From Candidatus Moraniibacteriota bacterium (GTDB taxonomy: Bacteria; Patescibacteriota; Minisyncoccia; Moranbacterales; UBA2206): a DNA stretch of 32,126 nt. This document shows positions 24,394 through 32,126 of the stretch, piece after piece (positions within the stretch are counted from its first letter, which is position 1; each line of letters begins with the position of its first letter). The position numbers were made by a program, and so were the translations under genes. Under the pieces are notes generated by a model. The model was not told the origin of the DNA and ran no database searches. It saw only the letters and a list, made by a program, of their open reading frames with translations. The stretch covers positions 1 through 32,126 of the forward strand of contig JAHFOP010000001.1 of assembly GCA_023261605.1 (NCBI GenBank), in the 5' to 3' direction.

Positions 24394-24420
24394 GGAGTTC
24401 GCGTGAGCGGACTTTTCTTT
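24394..24420 (+). promoter_or_regulatory. terminator-like hairpin in the nusA leader (candidate attenuator)
   Basis: A 7-9 bp stem (AGTTCGC/GCGGACT, one G.U pair) with a GTGA tetraloop, followed by TTTTCTTT. It lies 24 nt upstream of the nusA ATG. Confidence 0.5.
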
Positions 24421-24443
24421 ATAATAAACTAACATACAAAAGT

Positions 24444-25784
24444 ATGGCGAGAAAAAAAGTGAAAACGGAAGAAGAGATACAAAGCGAAAGCATCGGAGAT
24501 TTTGGTCGAGCTATCACGGCTCTGTGTGAAGAGAAAGGGATTTCCAAAGAACGCGTGATTGAAACAATTGAGGCGGCGCTTTCCGCAGCCTATAAAAAAG
24601 ATTATGGAAAACGCGGTCAAAATATTCGAGCTGATTTCGATGAAGTGAGTGGTGCGACCAAGTTTTTTTTGGTTAAGGAAGTGGTAGATGAAACAACCAG
24701 AGAATTTGTAGCGGATATGGAAGAGGCAGATGAGGCACTGGTTGACGCGGAAAAAGGCAAATCACAAAAAAGAGTGGAAAAGGAAAAGAAAGAAACCAAA
24801 GAGGAAGAATCTACTAAAAATGAAGATTCGACAGACGAGGAGGATAAATTGTCGCGTTTCAATCCGGAACGGGATCTGACCATACTTGAAGCAAAGGAGA
24901 TCAAAAAGAACGCTAAAATTGGCGATGTAATTGAAATTGAATTGCCACAGCACAGTGACTATGGTCGAGTTGCGGCGCAAACCGCCAAGCAAGTGATCAT
25001 TCAAAGAATTCGTGAGGCCGAGAGAGATGCGATGTATGATGAATATAAAAACAAGGAAGGTGAACTTCTAAGCGGAGTGATTCAAAGAGTGGAGGGGCGG
25101 AATGTTTTTGTGGACATTGGTAAATCAGTGGGTGTGCTTTTCCCGAGCGAGCAAATGGAAAGAGAAAATTATCGAGTAGGACAACGCTTAAAAGTTTATG
25201 TTTCCAATGTGGACGCGGGAACGCGTGGCCCTGGCATAACCTTGAGCCGAACTGCTCCGGAAATGGTGCAGAAGATGTTTGAGTTGGAAGTGCCAGAAAT
25301 TTTTGCCGGAACAGTCCAAATAAAATCAATTGCCCGCGAAGCCGGTGAACGCTCTAAGTTGGCGGTGGCATCTTCGGAGGAAGGTGTGGATCCGATTGGC
25401 TCATGCGTCGGGCAGAAAGGTACGCGGGTGCAAGCGGTTATTGATGAATTAGGTGGAGAAAAAATTGATATCATTCTTTGGAATGACAATATCGCTAAAT
25501 TTATCTCAGCGGCTCTTTCGCCGGCTAAAGTTTTGAAAGTGGAAATCAATGAAGATCAAAAAGCAGCTGTGGCCGTGGTACCAGAAGATCAATTGTCGTT
25601 GGCCATTGGCAAACGCGGGCAAAATGTGCGTTTGGCTGCCAAATTGACTGGTTGGAAAATTGACATCAATGGAGCCAAGGTAGAAGCAGAGACGGAAGCT
25701 ATTGCAAAGGATGAAGATATTGAAAAAATTGAAGATACTGAAGAAGCCGAAGTTGTTGCGGATGACAAGCCAGAAAATAAATAA
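24444..25784 (+). CDS. nusA: transcription termination/antitermination factor NusA (with a charged insertion of about 60 aa in the N-terminal region)
   Basis: S1 domain (GVIQRVEGRNVFVDIG) and two KH domains (GVDPIGSCVGQKGTRVQ, AIGKRGQNVRLAAKLTGWKIDI). Confidence 0.93.
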   Translation: MARKKVKTEEEIQSESIGDFGRAITALCEEKGISKERVIETIEAALSAAYKKDYGKRGQNIRADFDEVSGATKFFLVKEVVDETTREFVADMEEADEALVDAEKGKSQKRVEKEKKETKEEESTKNEDSTDEEDKLSRFNPERDLTILEAKEIKKNAKIGDVIEIELPQHSDYGRVAAQTAKQVIIQRIREAERDAMYDEYKNKEGELLSGVIQRVEGRNVFVDIGKSVGVLFPSEQMERENYRVGQRLKVYVSNVDAGTRGPGITLSRTAPEMVQKMFELEVPEIFAGTVQIKSIAREAGERSKLAVASSEEGVDPIGSCVGQKGTRVQAVIDELGGEKIDIILWNDNIAKFISAALSPAKVLKVEINEDQKAAVAVVPEDQLSLAIGKRGQNVRLAAKLTGWKIDINGAKVEAETEAIAKDEDIEKIEDTEEAEVVADDKPENK

Positions 25785-25801
25785 TAATATTTTCAAAAAA
25801 T

Positions 25802-26728
25802 ATGGGAAAAGTTATTGTCGTTGGACACAAAAATCCGGATACTGATTCAATTATTTCCAGTATTATTGGAGCGAAATATTGCAAAAATATTTTGAAGCAA
25901 GACGCGGTCGCGATGCGCGCCGGTAATCTGAACAATGAAACAAAATTTATTTTGGATAAATTAGGAGTCAAATCGCCGACCATGTTCAAAAGAAATTCTA
26001 CCGTCAAGGTAGTATTGGTTGACCATAATGAATCCAGCCAATTGGCTGAGGGATTGGATTTTTCCCAAGTGGAAAGAATTATTGATCATCATAAAGTGCA
26101 AATAATCACTGAAACTCCGATTGCAATTCGAACGGAACCGATTGGCAGTACTTCTGCTCTCCTAGCTAAATTATATCGCGAGGCTGGCAAAAAAATTTCT
26201 AGTCTAGAAGCTAAACTTCTTATCGCGGGAATTATATCAGATACATGGAACTTGACCGGACCCACCGCAACAGAAGAAGACAGGAAAATGTTGCGCGAAT
26301 TAAATGGGATTGCCAAACTAAAGATAAATGAATTTGCCAAAGAAATATTCGCGGCCAAATCCAGTCTCAAGGGCATCTCAATCAAAACCATAGTCGACGG
26401 AGATTGTAAGGATTTTAAAGTCGGAAAAAATAAATTAGGTGTAGCTCTTTGGGAAACTACCGATCCAAATAGTGTTTCTCCGCAAAAAGCTGAGATTATA
26501 CAGGCTTTAAAAGAAAAGAAGGCGCGCGAAAAACTAGATTACCTATTTTTCTTTGTAGTTGATGTGATAAAACAAAACAGTTTATTGTATATTTTTGATG
26601 ATGAAGAAAAAAATGTGGCGGAAAAAGTTTTTAAGACTAAAGTTAAGGACAAAGAAATGTTTCTGCCAGGCATTGTTTCTCGCAAAAAACAAATCATTCC
26701 ACCGCTGACCATCGAATTGTCCAAATAA
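25802..26728 (+). CDS. ppaC: manganese-dependent inorganic pyrophosphatase (family II, DHH/DHHA2)
   Basis: VVGHKNPDTDSIISS, LVDHNE and IIDHHK. The 308-aa length is typical. Confidence 0.85.
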   Translation: MGKVIVVGHKNPDTDSIISSIIGAKYCKNILKQDAVAMRAGNLNNETKFILDKLGVKSPTMFKRNSTVKVVLVDHNESSQLAEGLDFSQVERIIDHHKVQIITETPIAIRTEPIGSTSALLAKLYREAGKKISSLEAKLLIAGIISDTWNLTGPTATEEDRKMLRELNGIAKLKINEFAKEIFAAKSSLKGISIKTIVDGDCKDFKVGKNKLGVALWETTDPNSVSPQKAEIIQALKEKKAREKLDYLFFFVVDVIKQNSLLYIFDDEEKNVAEKVFKTKVKDKEMFLPGIVSRKKQIIPPLTIELSK

Positions 26729-26757
26729 TAATTTAAGCAATAACTAAAGAAGAAATT

Positions 26758-28044
26758 ATGGATATCAAAAAATTACCTAAATCACAAGTTGAATTCGAAG
26801 CAACTATCGCGTGCGCCGATTGGGAAAAGCATCTGGAGAGTGCGGCGGCTGAAGCGTCGCGGGAATTCAAGATTGCCGGTTTTCGTCCTGGGAAAGCGCC
26901 GCGTAATTTAGTGGAACAAAAAGTGGGTAAGGGCCCAATTTTCAATGTGGCGGCGGAAAAAGCCGTGAAAGACAGTTATATCAATATTATTACCAAGGAA
27001 AAATTGGATGTTATCGGCAGTCCGAAGATTGAAGTTTTGGAAGGCGAAGAAGGCAAAGATTTGAAATATAAAGTGACAGTGGCGGTGATGCCGGAAATCA
27101 AAATTAAGGAAAAGTATGTTAAAGAAATCAAAAAAATAAACGCAGAATATAAAGATAAATCACCAAAAGTGTCTGAAGCTGATCTTGAGTTGGAACTGGA
27201 AAAATTGGCCAACAGCCGCGTGCAGTTGGTTACTGTGATGCGGGAAGCGCGAAAAAATGATAGCGTGGAAGTTGATTTTGAAGTGCTGGTTGGCGGAGTG
27301 CCGATTGAGAACGGCACCAGTAAAAAACACAATTTAGTCATCGGGCGCGGAGTTTTCATTCCTGGGTTCGAGGAGCAGGTTATTGGTATGCGGGAAGGCG
27401 ATACCAAAGAATTCGAACTGTCTTTTCCGGCGGAGTATCACAAAAAAGATTTGGCTGGAAAATTGGCAACTTTTAAGGTTAAGATGAATTTGGTGCAAGA
27501 GCGAAAAACTCCTGAACTGACGAATGAGTTCGCGGCTGGCCTCGGTAAATTCAAAGACTTGGAAGATCTCAAAAAAAATATGCGCGAAGGCATGGAACAT
27601 GAGAATGAACATAAGATCAAGGATGAAAAACGCGCGGCGTATTTGGATGAAATCATTAAACAAGCCGAAAGTGACTTGCCGGAAATTTTGATTACAGAAG
27701 AAGTGCGCAAAATGGAAGATGAATTGGAACATCAATTGTCGGGCATGGGCATGAACCTAGATCAATATCTAGCACAACTCAAAAAAACCCGCCAAGACTT
27801 GGAAAAAGATTGGGAGCCACAAGCGGTCAAACGAGTGATGAGCGCTCTCATTCTCACGGAAATTGCCAGAATGCAGGAGATTGTGGCCGAAAGCACCGAG
27901 GTGGAAGCGGAAATGAACAAGACCTTGCAATATTACAAGGGTGTCAAAGATATGGAAAAGAATATTGATATGGAAAGATTGTATAATTTTAGCAAGGGAG
28001 TTTTGGAGAATGAGAAAGTATTTGAGTATTTGGAAAAATTATAA
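26758..28044 (+). CDS. tig: trigger factor
   Basis: The N-terminus has GFRPGKAPRNLVEQ. The central FKBP-type region has VDFEVLVGGVPIENGTSKKHNLVIG...FIPGFEEQVIGM. 428 aa. Confidence 0.92.
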   Translation: MDIKKLPKSQVEFEATIACADWEKHLESAAAEASREFKIAGFRPGKAPRNLVEQKVGKGPIFNVAAEKAVKDSYINIITKEKLDVIGSPKIEVLEGEEGKDLKYKVTVAVMPEIKIKEKYVKEIKKINAEYKDKSPKVSEADLELELEKLANSRVQLVTVMREARKNDSVEVDFEVLVGGVPIENGTSKKHNLVIGRGVFIPGFEEQVIGMREGDTKEFELSFPAEYHKKDLAGKLATFKVKMNLVQERKTPELTNEFAAGLGKFKDLEDLKKNMREGMEHENEHKIKDEKRAAYLDEIIKQAESDLPEILITEEVRKMEDELEHQLSGMGMNLDQYLAQLKKTRQDLEKDWEPQAVKRVMSALILTEIARMQEIVAESTEVEAEMNKTLQYYKGVKDMEKNIDMERLYNFSKGVLENEKVFEYLEKL

Positions 28045-28083
28045 TCTTTACGAATTCGTGAAAATTAGTAATTAGTAAAGACA

Positions 28084-28683
28084 ATGTCTATGAATAACAT
28101 CACCAATCAATATCTCATCCCTACTGTCATTGAAAAGACTAGTTATGGTGAGCGAGCTTATGATATCTATTCGCGTCTTTTGAAAGATCGGATAATTTTT
28201 TTGGGTGGGCCGATTGATGACGTTGTGGCCAATTCGATCATTGCGCAATTGCTGTTTTTGTCTTCACAGAATGCCAAGGAAGATATCAAGATTTACATAA
28301 ATTCGCCTGGCGGACAGGTGACTTCGGCTTTGGCCATTTATGATACAATGCAGCATGTGGCGCCTGATGTGTCCACCATTTGCATCGGAACCGCAGCCAG
28401 CGCCGCCGCTTTGCTTTTGGCAGCGGGAGAAAAAGGCAAACGCTTGATTTTGCCGAATGGCGAAGTTATGATCCATCAAGTCATGGGCGGCACCCAAGGC
28501 CAAGCCACTGACATCGACATCCACGCCCGTCACATTCTTAGCATCAAAAAGAAACTTAATGAAATTCTTTCCAAGCATACTGGGAACGCTCTCGCCAAAG
28601 TAGAGCGCGACGCTGAGCGCGACTATTTCATGACTGCCGACGAAGCCAAGAAATATGGCGTGGTGGATAAGATCATAAAGTAA
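28084..28683 (+). CDS. clpP: ATP-dependent Clp protease proteolytic subunit
   Basis: [56 protein letters not shown] and MIHQ. Confidence 0.96.
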   Translation: MSMNNITNQYLIPTVIEKTSYGERAYDIYSRLLKDRIIFLGGPIDDVVANSIIAQLLFLSSQNAKEDIKIYINSPGGQVTSALAIYDTMQHVAPDVSTICIGTAASAAALLLAAGEKGKRLILPNGEVMIHQVMGGTQGQATDIDIHARHILSIKKKLNEILSKHTGNALAKVERDAERDYFMTADEAKKYGVVDKIIK

Positions 28684-28719
28684 AACCTTTCCTAAAAATT
28701 AGATGTAACAAATCAAAAA

Positions 28720-28754
28720 ACAGCCCAACTTTTAGTCGGGGCTGTCTTTATTTG
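28720..28754. terminator. bidirectional terminator between the convergent clpP and gpmI genes
   Basis: Stem ACAGCCC/GGGCTGT, flanked by an A-run upstream and CTTTATTT downstream. Confidence 0.6.
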
Positions 28755-28768
28755 CGCGAAAGATAAAG

Positions 28769-30358
28769 TTATTTCAATACATTTAGCAAACTTTCGCCGG
28801 TGATTTCGTCCGGCTTGGGCAGACCCATGATGTCCAAGATGGTTGGGGCGACATCACCCAGGAGGCCGGCCACTTCTACAGGCGTGTCAATGTCACGCGG
28901 CTTAGCCCTGTGATTCTTGGCGGTGACGTACCAAAGTGGCACGGGGTTGGCGCTGTGCTCGGTGTCATTTTCGCCAGTGTGGAAATCGATCATTTCTTCG
29001 GCATTACCGTGATCAGCGGTGATGAGCAGTTGTCCATTTTTTTTGATCACGGCGGTGATCACTTTTGTGAGACAGCTATCGATAAACTCAACTGCTTCAA
29101 TGGTGGCCTCTTCAATGCCAGTGTGACCGACCATATCGGCATTGGCAAAGTTAATCAGTATGAAATCATATTTTTCTTCTTCCACGAAGCCGAGAACCTT
29201 TTCTGTTATTTCCGCTGCGCTCATTTGCGGAAAGAGATTATAATTGGAAACGTCCTTGGATGGAATGATGACACGGTCTTCACCGGCGAAAGATTCTTCG
29301 TTGCCACCATTGAAAAAGTAGGTGACGTGAGCAAATTTTTCCGTTTCAGCGATACGGAGTTGTTTTAGATTGTTTTCACTGAGAACTTTTCCCAAGCACA
29401 TATTAACTTTGATTGGCGCGAAAGCGACTTGAACGGGGAGGCTGTCTTCATATTGAGTCATGGTGACGAAAAAAAGATCATTGAATTTAGTAACTGGGAA
29501 ATTGGAAAAGCTTGGGACGCAGAAAGCTTGAGTAATTTGCCGAGCGCGATCTTCGCGATAGTTGAAAAAAATGACAGAATCTCCATCGGTTATTTTCCCG
29601 ATGGGTGAGCCATTTTGACAAACTACTGCCGGCTCAAGGAACTCATCAAAAACTTCTTTTTTGTAGGAAGCTTTCAGATATTCTTCCGGATTCTCGGTTG
29701 TCGGTCCGCTACCTTCGGCGATAGTCGCGTAAGCTTTTTGAACGCGATCCCAATTATTATTTCTGTCCATAGCAAAATATCGTCCGCCAATCGATGCAAT
29801 GCGTCCGACGCCGTACCTTTCCATGCGGCTGTTAAGATCTCTTATGGATTCCAGTCCGGAAGTTGGAGAACTGTCTCGCCCGTCTGTAAAAACATGAAGG
29901 AAGACATTTTTCATTCCTTGATCTTTCATCATTTCCAAGAGAGCATACAGATGTTCAATATTAGAATGAACAGAGCCCTTTCCAACCAACCCCATAAGGT
30001 GCATCGCCTGTTTATTTTTTTTGGCGTGTGCGATAGCTTCCAAAAAAACTGAGTTTTGATAAAATTCTCCATTTTGGATAGACATTGTGATGCGGGGCAT
30101 ATTTTGGTAAATGATTTTACCGCTGCCGAGAGTCATGTGCCCAACTTCTGAGTTTCCCGCTTCGCCCCAAGGCAATCCAACGGAAATTCCGGAAGCTTGC
30201 AGGGCAATGTAAGGATAGTAAGCGTCTAATTTTTTGAAAGTGGGCAGTTTGGCGGCGGCGATGGCGTTGCCTCTGTCTTTCTCTCCAATACCCCAGCCAT
30301 CCAGCACAACGAGAACGACGGGTCGTGGTCGAGGGGTAGGTTGTTGTTTTTTAGACAT
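28769..30358 (-). CDS. gpmI: 2,3-bisphosphoglycerate-independent phosphoglycerate mutase
   Basis: VVLVVLDGWGIG, NSEVGHMTLGSG, DGRDSSP, ADHGNAEEM and others. The ATG at 30358 is preferred over the TTG at 30361. Confidence 0.94.
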   Translation of the reverse strand: MSKKQQPTPRPRPVVLVVLDGWGIGEKDRGNAIAAAKLPTFKKLDAYYPYIALQASGISVGLPWGEAGNSEVGHMTLGSGKIIYQNMPRITMSIQNGEFYQNSVFLEAIAHAKKNKQAMHLMGLVGKGSVHSNIEHLYALLEMMKDQGMKNVFLHVFTDGRDSSPTSGLESIRDLNSRMERYGVGRIASIGGRYFAMDRNNNWDRVQKAYATIAEGSGPTTENPEEYLKASYKKEVFDEFLEPAVVCQNGSPIGKITDGDSVIFFNYREDRARQITQAFCVPSFSNFPVTKFNDLFFVTMTQYEDSLPVQVAFAPIKVNMCLGKVLSENNLKQLRIAETEKFAHVTYFFNGGNEESFAGEDRVIIPSKDVSNYNLFPQMSAAEITEKVLGFVEEEKYDFILINFANADMVGHTGIEEATIEAVEFIDSCLTKVITAVIKKNGQLLITADHGNAEEMIDFHTGENDTEHSANPVPLWYVTAKNHRAKPRDIDTPVEVAGLLGDVAPTILDIMGLPKPDEITGESLLNVLK

Positions 30359-30413
30359 CAAATTTATTTATTATTTATAAATTATAAACTAATAATAGCA
30401 TTATCGTACGCCT

Positions 30414-30442
30414 TTGACAAAAACTTGCTCTTCCAGTAATAT
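30414..30442 (+). promoter_or_regulatory. rny promoter (TTGACA-N17-TAATAT)
   Basis: Read directly. The leader to the ATG at 30577 is about 130 nt. Confidence 0.6.
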
Positions 30443-30576
30443 TTAGTTTGAGGGATATGTAATTAATTTGTTTAAATTAGTCTAGCTTCTCTTGATAAAG
30501 TAGGTAAAGTGAAGAAAATATTCGATAAAAATTACGAAAAACCACATGATTTATCAACGGAATAGAAAAAAACGTT

Positions 30577-32109
30577 ATGGAAACGAGCATAGCTATGGTT
30601 ATTGTAGGTGTTTTGGGTTTGGCCATTGGGTCAATAGCGGGTTATTTTACGCGCCAAACAATTGCTAAAAAACAACTTCATACGGCCGAGGGTAAGGTGA
30701 CAAGCCTGCTTGATGATGCAGACAAGCAAGTGAAAGAGCTTCTGATTGAAGCAAAAAACAAGGCCGTAACTATTTTGGAAGAGGCCAAGAAAAAAGAACA
30801 GGAAAGAGAAAATCAAATCATGCGCATGGAAGAGCGTATGGAAAAAAGAGAGGTTATCTTGGACGAAAAAACGGCCGAGATTGAGCGTGGCCGCGTAGCC
30901 TTGGAAAATAAGGCGGAAGAAATCAGACGCATCAGAAAAGAAGTGGAGGAAGTGCGCAAGCAAGAGCTCAAGCGTCTGGAAAAAATTGCAGGCTTGGGCA
31001 AAGAACAGGCAAAGAAGATTCTTTTGCAATTGACTGAAGAAGAAAATCGAGATTATGTTGCCAAAAAAATGAAAGAACTGGAAGCTTCCGGTCACGAAGA
31101 ATTGGAAAGAAAAGCGCGCGACATTATGACGGGAGCGATTCAGAAATATGCCGGATCACATTCAGCGGACGTGACGACAAGTACTGTGAGCATTCCATCT
31201 GACGAAGTGAAGGGGCGTATCATTGGAAGAGAAGGTCGAAACATCAAAGCGCTGGAACGCTTGACTGGCATTGAAATTATTGTCGATGACACGCCGGAAG
31301 CTATTGTCATTTCCGGATTTGATCCGGTCAGGCGCGAAATTGCCAAGATCGCCTTAGACAAATTGATTGGCGACGGTCGGATCCATCCGACTAAGATTGA
31401 AGAGGCGGTGGAATTTGCCAAAGTGGAAATCAACAAGAAAATCAAAGAAGCCGGCGAAACGGCCGTGTATGACGTGGGTGTGGTTGGTCTTGACCCTAAG
31501 CTAGTTCATATTATCGGTCGCTTGCGCTATCGCACCAGCTTTGGACAAAATGCTCTTTTGCATTCTATTGAAGTGGCACATCTGTCAGGTGCGCTGGCCG
31601 CAGAGCTTGGAGCGGACGTGACGTTGGCGAAAAAAGCCGGACTCTTGCATGATATCGGCAAAGCGGTGGATCATGAGGTGCAGGGTACGCATGTGGAAAT
31701 CGGCATTAAGATTTTGGAAAAATTCAATATCGGGAAAGATGTTATCACCGCGATGAAATCACATCACGAGGATTATCCTTTTGAAAATCCTGAATCAATG
31801 ATCATTTCTGCCGCGGATGCAATTTCTGCTTCACGTCCCGGCGCGCGCAAAGATTCTTTGGAGAATTATCTTAAGCGGCTGGAGGAGTTGGAAGGCGTGG
31901 CGAATTCTTTCCCGGAAGTGGAGAAGACTTATGCAATTCAAGCTGGCCGAGAAATTCGGGTGTTTGTGCGACCGGACAAAATCGATGATCTGGGCGCCAT
32001 GAAGCTCACGCGGGCTATTGCAGATAAGATCGAGAAAGAATTGAAATATCCCGGTGAAATTAAGGTGAATGTTATTCGAGAAGTGCGCGTGACTGAATAC
32101 GCAAGGTAA
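30577..32109 (+). CDS. rny: ribonuclease Y
   Basis: N-terminal TM segment, coiled coil, KH domain (GRIIGREGRNIKALERLTGIEIIVDD) and HD domain (HSIEVAHLSGALAAELG...LLHDIGK). Confidence 0.95.
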   Translation: METSIAMVIVGVLGLAIGSIAGYFTRQTIAKKQLHTAEGKVTSLLDDADKQVKELLIEAKNKAVTILEEAKKKEQERENQIMRMEERMEKREVILDEKTAEIERGRVALENKAEEIRRIRKEVEEVRKQELKRLEKIAGLGKEQAKKILLQLTEEENRDYVAKKMKELEASGHEELERKARDIMTGAIQKYAGSHSADVTTSTVSIPSDEVKGRIIGREGRNIKALERLTGIEIIVDDTPEAIVISGFDPVRREIAKIALDKLIGDGRIHPTKIEEAVEFAKVEINKKIKEAGETAVYDVGVVGLDPKLVHIIGRLRYRTSFGQNALLHSIEVAHLSGALAAELGADVTLAKKAGLLHDIGKAVDHEVQGTHVEIGIKILEKFNIGKDVITAMKSHHEDYPFENPESMIISAADAISASRPGARKDSLENYLKRLEELEGVANSFPEVEKTYAIQAGREIRVFVRPDKIDDLGAMKLTRAIADKIEKELKYPGEIKVNVIREVRVTEYAR

Positions 32110-32126
32110 TTTTTAAGTATCATTAG

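Overview
The window looks like a low-GC, gene-dense, streamlined bacterial chromosome segment. By inference it is CPR/Patescibacteria (Parcubacteria-like); no phylogenetic marker search was possible. Most of it is housekeeping. The recognisable genes are a CCA-adding enzyme fragment, fhs-folD, rluD-like, rplS, a udg4/phosphoesterase/nfo repair operon, nrnA-like, rbfA, infB, groES-groEL with a CIRCE operator, nusA, ppaC, tig, clpP, gpmI and rny. There are ten tRNA genes (Leu x4, Val, Phe, Gly, Cys, Ser), and none encodes its 3' CCA. Four things stand out. (1) The tRNA-Phe(GAA) gene is split by a 237-nt ORF-less group I intron; its P1/P10 guide pairings, U.G splice-site wobble, omega-G and IC3-type core can all be read from the sequence. 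(2) A cluster of three paralogous small two-TM secreted proteins resembling TrbC/VirB2-type pilins (one is an internal tandem duplication) sits next to an orphan solute-binding lipoprotein, with no secretion machinery in the window. (3) An accessory island of about 5.3 kb lies between two tRNA clusters. It encodes orphan proteins, a tandem Lrp/AsnC-like regulator with a palindromic operator, an unusually structured 140-codon orphan unit, a membrane protein, an anchored Cys-rich exoprotein and a secreted 3D-domain wall hydrolase with a structured leader. (4) Several regulatory or repeat structures were seen: a nusA leader attenuator, a palindromic AT-rich repeat array in the infB-rbfA spacer, and heptamer repeats between tRNAs. 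No CRISPR array, transposase, integrase or reverse transcriptase was seen. All functional calls come from reading motifs by eye; no database search was run.
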